DNA of 64,000 nt from Cetorhinus maximus. Lineage: Eukaryota. Below the pieces are notes generated by a model that did no database searches, was not told the origin of the DNA, and worked only from the letters and a program-made list of their open reading frames with translations. Shown here piece by piece: positions 1 to 12,754 of this stretch. The translations under genes were made by a program, and so were the position numbers. The first letter of the stretch is position 1, and each line of letters opens with the position of its first letter. The DNA is taken from assembly GCF_964194155.1 (NCBI RefSeq), contig NC_135892.1, positions 25,296,001 through 25,360,000 of the forward strand. The letters are read 5' to 3'.

Positions 1-1900
1 CTCACTTCCATGCAAGAAGAGATGAAATTGAAAGGGACCTCATGTGATTGAAAGCACTTCTCTCTCTGTTTGTGAATATCTTGTTCTATAGGTGTTAGCA
101 ACCTCTTTGCCATTTCAACAACTGATGGCTTCCCATCTTGTCTGTCTACACGAGAACTGTACCTAAGCCACTGGGCTTGTATCCACAACTAACTGGGTGA
201 CTTTCTCAGAGGCAAAATAGGTGTCTGTGCAACTTGCTGACAACCATTGTTTGATCTGGTGTACAGCCTGTCTGTGTGTCCACTCCCACTTTGTGATCTC
301 TTTTATCAGATCACATGGGGGGCAGATATCGTAGCAAGGTCAGGGATGAAGCAACTACAGTACCTGATGAGTCCTAGCAGACTCCGGACTTCCTGCACAT
401 TTGTAGGATCCACAGCATTTGCAATGGTTTCAACTTGCTGTGGATCAGGTGATCCTTCTTCACTGCTGAACACATGACCAAAGGATTTAATTCTGCTTTT
501 ATTGAATAAACACTTGCCTTTTTCAAGGTGAGGTTGTATTCTTTAAGGTGTTGTAGACATGCATGTAGACATGTCTCAAGGTCACTTTCAGTGTGAGCAC
601 ACATGAGAATGTCATCACTGATGTTCAGACTGCCTTCAAGTCCTTGAAGTGCTGACTGAATCATGCACTGAAACACCTAAGCTGCTGAGTGGACTCCAAA
701 GTTCAGCCTCTTGAATCAAAAAAGTCCAATGTGAGTGGAGAATACTGTAAGAGACCTTGATTCTTCTGCAACCTCGATTTGATAGTAGCCTGCATTGATG
801 TCAAGTTTGGCAAAGTGTTTAGCACCATTCACTTCCTCTATGATATCATCAATTGTCGGCGTCAAGTGTCTTTCTTGTTGTACGTATGGCTTGGTTTGAT
901 GAATGCATATCAATGAAGATTCTAAACTGGTTTTCACTTTTGGGTTTCTTAACAACTTGTGCAGGCGAGACCCAAGAGGTAGTCTCATCTTCAACTTCTC
1001 AATAATGTCAGGGTCAAGTAGGCACTACAGCTCCTTCTCTGTCTGCTTTCTGACATGAAGTGGTATTTGTCACCATTGAAGTGTGACTGGGAGCCCATTA
1101 GGGTCTACATGCAGCTTAGGTGTGACACCTTGCACTTTGCTGATACCAGTGAAGCAGTCAACATACAATTTGAGAATGTCGTTGGTATGTGTAAGATTTG
1201 CGTATGTGACTGCAATCATATGCAGATCTGTTGCGCATGCTATAGTGGAGAAGTAAAGCCTTTTTCCTTTTGTCACCTGTGATTGCAGAACCTGCCATTG
1301 CACTTACAAAATGTTGCAGGCACTTTTTCCAACATGGGAATACAAATGATGACTCTGAATGCACATCACAAAGTGGTAGATTGGGCATAGACAATACCGT
1401 CTTGATCAGCAATGCAGTGAATGTGCGTGATCAAAGTTCTGGGATTGTATTCCTTCTAAAGAAAAAACATCTTCGTAGTAGCCCAAGATCAATTTTTATT
1501 TGTTTGGATGGTTAATTTTGTGAGATCGGTATGTGTATGCGCTGTGCAGGCTTTCCTGTTGTTAATCCCGAGCTGGTGTGCCTCTTGTGTGTATAACAAT
1601 AGGCTACAGCAGGGGTGTTCAATCACTTCGCATGAGGGGCCACATTTCAATTTTTTTCTCATTCATTGTAGATCTATCACTTCCATTTACGTGCATTTTG
1701 AACAATGAGTCTGTGCGCCAGATACAGAGGCATGGCGGGCCGAATTTTGGCTGTACGTTGGGCAACCCTGGGCTAAAGCCTCAATGTGTTCACTAAATCT
1801 CCAATTTAAAATGCTGTTTCTGGAAAGTAGATCTTCCAAAAGTTACATACCTGAAACTAATGCTTCCTATTTTTCACTCTCTTAGTCGCCATTGTGAAGC
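1..1900 (-). mobile_element. Decayed Ty3/Gypsy LTR retrotransposon (K02A2.6/Mag-like) gag-pol fragment
   Basis: ORF 716..994 has an RT motif (FAKLDINAGYYQIEVAEESRSLTVFSTHIGLF). ORF 374..676 has the YxDD-equivalent LNISDDIL. A PBS-like TGGCGAC lies on the - strand at 1885-1891. Frameshifted. Confidence 0.85.
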
Positions 1901-2101
1901 TCTTGGGAAGAAAGAATAAGAGTCAAAGAGTTTTGCAGCACGGAAAAAGGCCCTTCAGCCCATTGTATCCATGCTGGCCATCAAGCCGCTATCATCTCTA
2001 ATCCCATTTTCCAGCACTTGGCGCCCTGCATGCTATGGCATTTCAAGTGCTCATCTAAGTACTTCTTAAATGTTATGAGTGTTCCCACCTCTACCACCCT
2101 T

Positions 2102-5100
2102 TCAGGCAGTGAGTTCCAGATACTCCCTCACCCCCTGGGTGAAAAATATTTTCCTCAAATCCCCTCTAAACCTCCTGCCCGTAACCTTAAATCTATGCTC
2201 CCTGGTTATTGACCCCTCCACTAAGAGGAAAAGTTTCTTCCTATCTACCCTATCTATGCCTCTCTTAATTTTGTATACCTCAATCAGGTTCCCCCTCAGC
2301 CTTCTCTGCTCTAAGGAAAACAACCCCAGCCTATCCAGTCTCTCTTCATAGCTGAAACGCTCCAGCCCAGGCAACATCCTGGAGAATCTCCTCTGCACCC
2401 TCTCTAGTGCAATCACATCCTTCCTATAGTGTGGCAACCAGAATGCACACACTACTCCAGCTGTGGCCTAACTTATGTTTTATACAGCTCCATCATAACC
2501 TCCCTGTTCTTGTATTCAATGCCTCAGCTAATAAAGGCGAGTATCCCATATGCCTTCTTAACCACCTTATCTACCTGTCCTGCTGCCTTCAAGGATCTAT
2601 AGACATGCACACCAAGGTCCCTCTGATCCCTTGTACATTCTGGACTCCTACCATTCATCGTGTAATCCCTTGCCTTGTTAGTCCTCCCAAAATGCATCAC
2701 CTCACATTTTTCAGGATTAAATTCCATTTGTCACTGATGTTGCCCATCTGACCAGCCCAACTATATCGTCCTGTAGTCTGAGGCTTTCCTCCTCGCTATT
2801 TACCACACCACCAATTTTCGTGTCATATGCAAACTTACTGATCATACCTCTTACATCCATATCTAGATTATTAATGTACACTACAAACAGAAGGGACCCA
2901 GCACTGAACCCCTGTGGTATGCCACTGGACACAGGCTTCCAGTCACAAAAACAACCTTCGACCATCACCCTTTGCCTCCTGCCACTAAGCCAATTTTGGA
3001 TACAATTTGCCAAATTGCCCTGGATCCCATGGGCTCTTACCTTCTTGACCAGTCTCCCATACAAGTCCTTATCAAAAGCCTTACTGAAGACTATGTAGAC
3101 TACATCAATTGCACTGCCCTCATCTACACACTTAGTCACCTCCTTGAAAAATTCAATCAAATTAGTTAGACATGATCTCCTCCTGACAAAGTCATGCTGA
3201 TTATCCTTGATTAATCCTCACCTCTCCAAGCGGAGATTAATTCTGTCCCTCAGAATTTTTTCCAAAAGTTTTCCTACCACTGATGTTAGACTCACTGGCC
3301 TGGTTTATCCCTACCTTCTTTTTTTCATTAATTCATTGGATGTGGGCATCACTGGCTAGGCCAGCATTTATTGCCCATCCATAATTGGCCTTGTTCAGAG
3401 GGCAGTTAAGAGTCAACCACATTACTGAGGGTTTGGAGTCACATGGAGGCCAAACCAGGTAAGGACAGCAGATTTAGTTAAGGACAGCAGATTTCCTTCC
3501 CTAAAGGACATTAGTGAACCAAATGGGTTTTTACAACAATCGACATTGGCTTCATGGTCATCATTAGACTGCTTCCAGATTTTTATTGAATTCAAATTCC
3601 ACCATCTGCCATGGTGGGATTTGAACCCAGGTCCCCAGAGCATTACCCTGGGTCTCTGGATTATTAGTCTAGTGGCAATACCACTACGCCATCAACTCCC
3701 CCACTAGATCTTGAATATCTTGAATAATGGTACCACATTAGTTATCCCCCAGTCCTCTGGCACCTCTCCAGGATTTGGAAATTAATGTCAGGGCCCCTGC
3801 AATCTCCTCCTTTGCCTCCCACAGCAGCCGTGGGTACATCTCATCTGGGTCTGGGGGTTTATCCACTTTTAAGCCCGCTAAAACCGCTAATACCTCCTCC
3901 CTCTCAATGCTAATTTGTTCAAGTATATCACAGCCCACCCGCCTGATTTCTATACCTACATCGTCCTTCTCTACAGTGAATACAGGTGTAAAGTATTCAT
4001 TTAAAACCTCACCTACGTCTTCCGGCTCCTCTCACAGATTGCCACTTTGGTCCCTAATGTGCCCTACTCTTTCCCTGGTTATCCTCTTGCCATTAATATA
4101 CTTATAAAATGCCTTTGGATATTCCTTTATTTTACCCGCTAGTGTTTTTTCATGCCTCCTCTTTGCTCTCCTAATTTCTTTTTTAAGTAACCCCCTGTAC
4201 TTTCTATACTTCTCTAGGGATTCCGCTGTTTTGAGCCCTCGGTATCTACCATAAGCTTCCCTTTTTTTCCTTATCCAATCCTGTACGTTCCTCGACATCC
4301 AGGGTTCTCTGGACTTGTTGGTCCCACCCTTCACCTTTACGGGAACATGTTGGCCCTGCACTCTTATTATTTCCTTTTTGAATGACTCCCACTGCTCTGA
4401 TGTAGATTTTCCTACAAGTAGCTGCTCCCAGTCCACTTTGGCCAGACCCTGTCTTATCATATTAAAATCAGCCTTCCCCTAATTCAGAACCTTTATTCCC
4501 AGCCCATCTTTGTTCTTTTCCGTAACTACCTTAAATATTACTGTTATGTTCACTGTCACCGAAATGCTCCCCCACTGATACTTCTACCACTTGCCTGGCT
4601 TCGTTCTCTAAAATTAGGTCCAGCACTGCCCACTCTCTTGTAGGACTTTCTACGTGCTGAATTAAAAAGCTCTCCTGGATACATTTTAAGAATTCCACCC
4701 CTCTAAACCGTTCACATTTTGTCTATCCCAGTTAATATTGGGGGAGTTGAAAACCCCTACAATTATTACCCTATTATTTTTACACTTCTCTGAGATTTGC
4801 CTACATATCTGCCAATCTATCTCTCCTTGGCTGTTTGGGGGTCCATAGTACACTCCCAGCAATGTGATTGCCCCCTTTTTGTTTTTATGTTCTATCGATA
4901 TGGCCTCATTTGAGGAACCTTCTAAGATATCACCCTCCTCATTGCAGTAATTGACTCCTTGATCAATATTGTGACCCCACCTCCTTTTTTACATCCCCCC
5001 TTCTCGCCTGAAGACTCAATACCCCAGAATATTGAGCTGCCAGTCCTGCACCTCCCTCAACCATCTCCGTTATAGCAATGACATGATGTTCCCATGTGTT

Positions 5101-5145
5101 AACAAGACTCCTTGCATTAAAATAAATGCCATCCAGCCTTTCCAT
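2102..5145 (-). pseudogene. CR1 ORF2 (APE endonuclease + reverse transcriptase) remnant
   Basis: Fragments KAFYKYINGKR, SKAFDK, SKFAYDTKIGG (FADD motif), FNPEKCEVMHFG, LERVQRRFSRMLPGL; several stops and frameshifts. Confidence 0.9.
3319..3702 (-). mobile_element. tRNA-derived SINE inserted in CR1 ORF2
   Basis: - strand A box TGGCGTAGTGG (3681-3691) and B box GGTTCAAATCC (3617-3627). 3' tail GGGCAATAAATGCTGGCC...CCCACATCC...AATGAAAAAAA is shared with the LINE at 53.9-55.9 kb. Confidence 0.85.
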
Positions 5146-5186
5146 GCTCTCTTGTGCCTTACCTTGAATATATACGCTCTACCTTC

Positions 5187-5885
5187 CATAGTCATAGAGT
5201 TATAGAGTTATACAGCACAGAAACAGGCCCTTCAGCCCAACCTGTCTGTGCCGGCCATCAAACACCTATCTATTCTAATCCCATTTTCCAGCACTTGGCC
5301 CGTAGCCCTGTATGCTATGACATTTCAAGTACTCATCTAAATACTTTTTAAGTGTTGTGAGGGTTCCTGCCTCTACCACCCTCTGGGTAAAAAAGTTTTC
5401 CTCAAATCCCCTCTAATCCCCCTGCTCCTTACCTTAAATCTATGCCCCCTCATTATTGACACCTCTGCTAAGGGGAAAAGTTTCTTCCCATCTACCCTAT
5501 CTATGCCCCTCATAATTTTTTATACCTCTATCAGGACCCCCCCTAAACCTTCTCTGCTCTAAGGAAAACAACCCTAGCCTATCCAGTCTCTCTTCATAGC
5601 TCAAACGCTTCAGCCCAGGCAACATCCTGGTGAATTTCTTCTGCACCTTCTCCAGTGCAATCACATCCTTCCTATAGTGTGGTGACCAGAACTGCACACA
5701 CTACTTCAGTTGTGGCCTAACTAGCATTTTATACAGCTCCAACATAACCTCCATGCTCTTATATTCTATGCCTCGGCTAATAAAGGCAAATATCCCATAT
5801 GCCTTCTTAACCACCTTATCTACCTGTGCTGCTGCCTTCAGGGGTCCATGAACATGCACACCAAGGTCCCTCTGATCCTCTGTAC
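5187..5885 (-). mobile_element. 5'-truncated CR1 3' fragment (resumes at 6621-6656)
   Basis: ORFs 5497..5697 and 5701..5928 encode the CR1 RT C-terminus; closely similar to 1915-2640. Confidence 0.85.
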
Positions 5886-6620
5886 TGTACAAAGAGATGT
5901 ACAAAGGGATCTGGGTGTCCTTGTACACCAGTCAATGAAAGTAAACATGCAAGTGCAGCCAGCAATTAGGAAGGCAAATGGTATGTTGGCCTTCATTGCA
6001 AGAGGATTTGAGTTCAGAAGGAGGGATGTCTTACTGCAGTTATACAAGGCCTTGGTGAGACCACACCTGGAGTATTCTGTGCAGTTTTGATCTCCCTACC
6101 TAAGAAAGGATATACTTGCCATAGAGGGAGTGCAGCGAAGCATCACTAGGCTGATACCGGGGATGGCAGGACTGTCATATGAGGAGAGATTGGTTCGACT
6201 GGGCTGGTATTCACTAGAGTTTAGAAGAATGAGAAGGGATCTGATTGAAACATATAAAATTCTAACAGGGCTAGACAGACTGGATGCAGGGAGCATGTCT
6301 CCCCTGCTTGGGGAGTCTAGAAACAGGGGCCACAGTCTCAGGATACGGGGCAGGCCATTTAGGACTGAGATGAGGAAAACTTTCTTCACTCAGAGCGTGG
6401 TCAACCTGTGGAATTGTCTCCCACAGAAGGCTGTGGAGGCCGGGTCACTGAGTATATTCAAGAAAGAAATTGATAATTTTTTGAAGATTAGGGACATCAA
6501 GGGGTATGGAGAGAAAGCAAGAATATGGCGTTGAGATAGAGGATCAGCCATGATCATATTGAATGGTGGAGCAGGCTCGAAGGGCCGAATGGCCTATTCC
6601 TGCTCCTAATTTCTATGTTT
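5886..6620 (+). mobile_element. 5'-truncated CR1 (different subfamily) inserted into the preceding CR1
   Basis: ORFs 5848..6090 and 6130..6534 (KANGMLAFIARG, LVRPHLEY, FFTQSVVNLWN); tail CCTGCTCCTAATTTCTATGTTTC. Confidence 0.9.
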
Positions 6621-6703
6621 CCTAGGGTCCTACCATTCATTGTGTATTCCCTTGCCAGGTTCCTCCTTCCAGACTGACATGGTTTTTCTTCTATACTTGT
6701 GCA

Positions 6704-7590
6704 TCACCCCCACCTCCCCCCAAGGATGTTGGCCCTGTTCCGGTTCAGGTGCAACCTGTCAGACATGTACAGGTCCCACCTTCCCCAGAAATGGACCAAA
6801 TGATCCAGGAATCTAAAGCCGTCCCTCCTGCACCAACTCTCCAGCCACGCATTCATCTGCTCTATCCACCTATTCCTATACTCGCTAGCACGTGGCACCG
6901 GGAGTAATCCAGAGATTACAATCTTTGAGGTCCTGCTTTTCAATCTGCTATCTAGCTCCCTAAATTCTTGTTGCAGGACCTCATCCCTCTTTCCACCTAT
7001 GTGCTGGTACCAATGTGAACGACGATCTCTGACTGTTCACCCTCCCCCCTTCCGCCCTGTTCAGTGATATCCTTGACCCTGGCCACACGGAGGCAACACA
7101 CCTTCCTGGACTCATGTCTGCGACCGCAGAAACATCTGTCTCTACCTCTCACTATTGAGTCTCCTACCACCACTGCTCTTCCTCTCCTTCTCCCCCCTTG
7201 TGCAGCTGGGTTCTGGCTGCACTCCCCAGAGGAACCGTCACTCTCACCATTTTCCAACACAGAAAAACTGCTCTTGAGTGAGATGCACTCTGGGGCTTTC
7301 CTGACTACCTGCCTGCCTCCCTTCTTCTGAATGGTGGTCACCCATTCCTTCTCTGACTGCACGTCCTTCAGCTGCGGGGTGACCACATCTAAAAACGTGC
7401 TATCCACGTAACTCAGCCTCACGGATGCACTGCTGTGCCTCCAGCCAATAGTCAAGCTCCGAAACCCGGCGTTCAAGCTGGTCAAATCGGTGGCACTTCC
7501 TGCAGACGTGGTCATCCAGACTGCCAGGAGCGTCTAAGAATTCCCACATATTGCAGGCCATGCAGCACATGGGACTGAGCTCCCTGCCAT
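6704..7590 (-). pseudogene. CR1 ORF1 remnant (N-terminal Cys finger + SGNH esterase domain)
   Basis: GDSIVRG, VVHIGT, VISGLLPVPR and DRLHLN motifs in ORFs 6997..7515 and 6704..6943. Confidence 0.85.
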
Positions 7591-7811
7591 ACCTTTAGTT
7601 AAAATACTCTTACCCTAAATTTAAGCCAAGTAGAAAATTATTTAAATTTCTTTCTTTTTAAAAAAAGCTAGAACTCTTACCTTTCCTTAATGTAGCTTTA
7701 AAGTGGAGAAAAACAACTTATCCACTACCTACCAATCAGCTCTTTGCTTTGCGCTGATGTCACTTTTCTCAGCCTTTTCGGCTTCTGGCAGGGTTCCTGT
7801 TGGGGTTAGTT

Positions 7812-8110
7812 GCTGCTTCGACTGGCTTGATCTGGGCCTTGACCCTCAGGCTTTTATTGAGAAGCTCCTCTGGCGCCGTTTACTCCCAGGTTCACTCCGC
7901 TGCAGCTGCTGCTCCAACTGGTTCAATCTGGACCTCGACCCTCAGGCTTTTATTGAAAAGTTCCGCTGGCGCCATTCACCCCCAGATTCACTCCGCTCCA
8001 CTGCAACTGGCTCGATCTGGACCTTGACCCTCAGGCTTTTATTGAAAAGCTCTGCTGGTGCCGTTCATCCCCAGGTTTGCTCTGCTCCTGCCGCTGTTCT
8101 GACTGGCTCC
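7812..8110. repeat. Tandem repeat, ~3 units of ~89-96 bp, at the CR1 5' end
   Basis: Core GACCCTCAGGCTTTTATTGA recurs at 7841, 7937 and 8026. Confidence 0.9.
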
Positions 8111-8518
8111 CAGTAAGAAGCTGCATATACTGTTAAAACATGGATTTCTTTATCATCCTCCCTCTGCTGGTACATGTGTATGGTAGCCTTAAGAGGACAT
8201 TATGCACAATGTAATTTTTATTACACAACAGCTGGCCGTTCCCAACTGCATTTTGCTGCCAAATTTTCAAGCCCTGAGAAACCCAGTCAGCAACTGTTAA
8301 AGTTAAATCAAGCTCCCAGTTGTGACATGGAAACTTAACTTAAATATGATAATGAAGTGTTCCATCTCTCCAAGTCAGAGAGCATGCACAGCTTGAAATC
8401 CATGCCGTAATAATGGCAATGGGTTCATCCCTATCAGGCGGGAATTGCATTCCCCATTTTATTTTCGTTTAACCCTCTCTTGACCTCTGCTCGCCCATCA
8501 CTGGAGTGATAAAACAAT

Positions 8519-8902
8519 AGGACTTGAGCACAAAAATCTAGGCTAACACTACAATGCAGTACTGACACAGCGCTGCACTGTCAGAGGTGCCATTTTTGAG
8601 ATGCGACATTAAACCGAGGCCCTGTCTGCCTCGTGGTGGACATAAAAGTTCCCCATGGCGCTATTTCGAAGAGGAACATGGGAGGTATCCCCAGTGTCCT
8701 GACCAACAATTATCCCTAAATCAATTTCACATAAAATCATTATCTGGTCATTTATCACATTCCTATTTGTGGGAGCTTGCTGTGCACAAATTGGCTATCC
8801 TCCATTACAGCAGTGACGATACCTCAAAAGTACTTAATTGGCCGTAAAGCTCTTTGGGACATCCTGAAGTCATGAAAGGCATTATACAAATGCAAGTCTT
8901 TC
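8519..8902 (+). mobile_element. Deu-domain SINE (SacSINE1-like)
   Basis: Deu core ATTAAACCGAGGCCCTGTCTGCC...CCCATGGCGCTATTTCGAAGAG...GTGTCCTG; L2-like tail AAAGGCATTATACAAATGCAAG. Confidence 0.85.
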
Positions 8903-9369
8903 TATACACTTTTAAACTGTCTAGGCCCAGCGGTCGACAACATGATTAATCAGGATTGAAGAGAATCATGTGTCAGAAATCAGGTGATGAAGGGCAGGGC
9001 TCAGTGTCTGAGAAACCACTGCTGTTGGAATTCATGACTCAGAACAACAACAGGCACAGGCAAGTTCAGAATCTGATAACGAGGTAGTTTAGCTGTCAAT
9101 AACTCACTTAGCCATAGTCATGCAACAGTTATTTTTGTTGCGGTAGGGAGTGTCAATGTTAAAATATGTGTCGGTGTTAAAATATTTCCAAAGTTGATGC
9201 TTTGCTTGGTGAGTCTAGGTGCTGCATCATTCACATCCTGACTGCTAACTTGTACAGGAGAATGTGGTGGTGGCACATTTGTATCAGATTGTTGCTGTAG
9301 TTGGCATGAAGTTCTGTAATGCGTTCTCTGTGCAGGTTTTATTTTAAATGGCTCTATTTTGCCATCCCG

Positions 9370-11100
9370 TGTTACTGCAAGCACAGCTCATTGTCCCTCC
9401 TCATCCTCCTCGATTTTTCCTTTGCCTTCAATATCACAGAATCACAGAATGTTTGCAGCACAGAAGGAGGCCATTTGGCCTGTCATGTCTGTGCTGGCTT
9501 TCCAAAGGAGCAATTCACCTAGTGCCAGTCCCCCACATTCTCTAATATCATTTATCATTCTGGAGTTTCTTTCTTCTGCAATCCATCTCAGTGGGACTGA
9601 CCTCCTAGCATTCCACTCTTATTTCTTGAAACAAAGACATTATATCATCTCTGATGGTTTCTCCTGCCCTATCTGTAATATTACCCTGGGTTCTATTCCT
9701 CCACCGCCCTCTTCATTATTTACATGCTTTCCCTTCATGACATTGTCATGAGTATCAAATGTATGGCACTCACCTCAACCTCTCCACCTCCAGGCTGTTA
9801 CCAGGCTGACCATGTACATAGATCATTAAAATATCATGGACAGACCGAGAAAATAATCAAAAAAGATTAATGGAATGACAGCCTATATACATAGGGGACT
9901 CGAGCAAAAAAGGACAGAATTTATGCCACAGCTATACAAAGCCCTGGTTAAATCACATCTGGAATTCTGTATTCAGTTCTGGACACCACAACTTAGGAAG
10001 GATATAATGATCTTGGAGGGAGCATAGCATAGATTTACCGGAATGATACCGGGACTCCAAGGGTTAGATCACAAAGAGAGATTACACAGCCCTGGTTGTA
10101 TTCCTTAGAATTCGAAAAATTAAAGGATGATTTTACTGAAATGTTCAAGATATTGATTGGAACTGATAGGATTGATAGGGTTAAACTATTTCTGCTTTTT
10201 GGGAAGTCTGGGACGAGAAGGCACATTCTGCAAATTAGAGCCAGGCCTTTCAGGAATGAAGTTAGGAAACATTTCCACATGGAAAGGATGGTTGGAACTG
10301 TCTTCTGCAAACAGCAGTTGATGCTAGGTCAATTGTTAATTTTAAATCTGATAGATTTTTGTAAACAACAAGTGATAAAGGAATGGACAAAGGTGGGTCG
10401 GTGAAGTTAGGTCACAATCAGCCATGGTCTCATTGAATGGCAGGGTAATTTTTTTCTTATGTTCTTATGTTTATGTTCGAACAAGCTTGAAGGGTTAAAT
10501 GGCCTACTCCAGTTCCTATGTTCCTTCGTTCCAGAAAATAACCAAGCACCTTTTACATGCATTCCACCAGTCCATGCAAATGGCATCTCCAGCTACGCCC
10601 AGAGTTATAGATGACGGGGTGCTACGCAATCCCAAGTTCGGCTTCCTCTCTCACGTCCAGTCTCTTAGCAACATCACCTTCTTCCACCCCCAGAACACTG
10701 AGTGTTCCTGCCTCTATCTCTTCCACTCTGCTTTGATTTCTCCAACTATCCCCTTGATGACCTTTTTTGCCTCCACAAGCTATATCTCATCCACAATTCC
10801 TGACCTAAATCCTCATCATACAGGCACACCCATGACCCACCAAATCCAAGCCCTATCCAGTCTCACTGATGTCCTCCTGATGCTGTTCCTACAGGCATCT
10901 TCTACTGTTCCAGCACCTGTTTATTCATCAGTGTCTTGCTCCCTCAGCATTGGTAGGAAACTCCCTCAGTGATGATCCCTCACTACCTATCATCTCCACA
11001 TTTTCAGCTCGCTCCTTATCTTCAAATGTCTCTTCAAGATCTTCACTTTAATCACAATGTAGGCTTTTCTGAACTTACTCCTTTTGCTATCTATTCTTTG
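9370..11100 (+). mobile_element. Old L2 LINE fragments interrupted by a CR1 3' fragment (~9820-10525)
   Basis: LLILLDFSFAFN resembles the L2 LLDLSAAFD motif. ORF 10096..10404 is a CR1 RT C-terminus. Confidence 0.6.
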
Positions 11101-12183
11101 CTCTCCAACTTTAACAGCACTCTGACATGAATCTATGCACTGGGACACCATGGAAATCCAAGTTAATGATGTTATGAGAGTTTTTGAATGTAGAAATTTA
11201 GTAATTCTCAACCCAGGTTCAAAACATAGGCCCAACCACATTTTTGCCCTGTGGAAGTAATTGGCCGGAATCTCCCGGACTCAACAAATTGTTGTGTGTC
11301 AGGACCATTTCCAGGATCTGACTTCATTTCTGCCAGCAGTGCACCCCCTGGCACAATCTCACAAGAGGAAGGCAATTAAAAGGCCACCTCCACATTCGCC
11401 ATCCATTTAGGCAGGGCAGGAGATCAGGTTGGCAGCGTAACTGAGAGTACGAAAGTTAAACGGATGTTGGCAACCTATACAATGTCCTGTCTCCCAAAGC
11501 ATCTAATCTCACCACAACCACCACCATCCCACCCCAGGGCCTCCAACTTCCCACTGCAGCCTCAGATCCTGCCCTGAGACCCACCCCCGCCGAGGTTGCT
11601 AATTGCCCCTCCCCCAAGATACCTCCGACCACTCCCCCCCTACCCCCACAAGCATCCGATCCCTAGGCCTCTGGCCTCCCCCACTGCCTGGATCATCTCC
11701 CCTCCCTCTCCGGATCAGACCTACTCCTCACTATCAGTTCCTCCTGGATCTCCACCCTTGTATTGGACCCCAGGCTTTCCCCATCCCCAGTTCAGGACAT
11801 GCACACAATTGACCTGCGGCCTCTTCCCCACCCACCGGAAGCTAAGTCTGTCAGTCAGGCTGTCTTTAGAGTAGGCAACATGTCAATGATGTCACACGCT
11901 CACTATGGAGTTAAAGCTCCACAGCATGCAAGGAAACCCCAATTTCCAGGTACCTGCGCACAACTGGTTGTGTTACAATTCCCCTCCTCAGCATCAGGAG
12001 GGTAAAAAAGTCCCATCTGAACTGTTGAAATGGCCGAGGAAGTTTTTTGCCATTTAAGGTGTACGCTGAATTTGACAGTGGGAATGTCTCTTTTGAATTC
12101 AAAGTACACAGTAAGTAGTCCTTTCATTGATTTCATTTCCAAATGTAAACTACTCAATCAGTTCACGTGTTCATATATAATAT

Positions 12184-12400
12184 AAAAACAGAAAATGCTA
12201 AAAAAACTCAGCAGGTCTGGCAGCATCTGTGTAGAGAGAAACAGAGTTAACGTTTCGAGTCCACATGACCCTTCATCGAAGCTCTGAACTTGAAGCCTTA
12301 ACTCTGTTTCTCTCTACACAGATGCTGCCAGACCTGCTGAGTTTTTCCAGCGTTTTCTGTTTTTATTTCAGATTTCCAGCATCCGCAGTATTTTGCTTTT
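12184..12400. mobile_element. Penelope-like element terminal repeats in inverted (hairpin) arrangement
   Basis: AAAACAGAAAATGCT...CTCAGCAGGTCTGGCAGCATCTGTGTAGAGAGAAACAGAGTTAA followed by its reverse complement; related ends follow GIY-YIG fragments elsewhere in the window. Confidence 0.8.
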
Positions 12401-12754
12401 ATCCACGTATTCATATAGCTGCTTTCCAAAAACTCGGGGGGAGAAATTGGGCTCTGAGGTGCCTAACGTTTGGGTGCTAATTGACCTCCCAAAAGTGGAA
12501 GACTGTATCATAGATATGTATGCACGCTTCTGACAGGAACTGCGCTAAATGCCATTTGGTACAGTAGTTCACATGCACACACCTAACAAACCCCAGCAGC
12601 ATGCACAGCAGGTAGATTATGATGGCAATAAGTGATCGACACTGATTTGATGCCAACACTGCCATCCATGCCCTCTATCAAAGTCCCATAGCTGAAGGTG
12701 CATTCAACAGCATGAAGGACCCACCCAGCACCAGCTCTACTTAATGGGATCATG

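Larger units (their letters stand above)
1913..8114 (-). mobile_element. Near full-length CR1 (L3) LINE carrying nested insertions
   Basis: 5'UTR about 8114-7600, ORF1 7590-6700, ORF2 EN start (LDGIYFNARSLVN, ~5140) through RT to a CR1-type 3' tail near 1915. About 4.4 kb after removing the inserts. Confidence 0.9.

Noticed and set aside
3610-3700. tRNA gene
   Set aside because: The A and B boxes belong to a SINE head; no cloverleaf or acceptor stem.
7812-8110. Repeat-spacer-like array (CRISPR?)
   Set aside because: The intervening sequences are homologous to each other, the context is eukaryotic and there are no cas genes; it is a tandem repeat.
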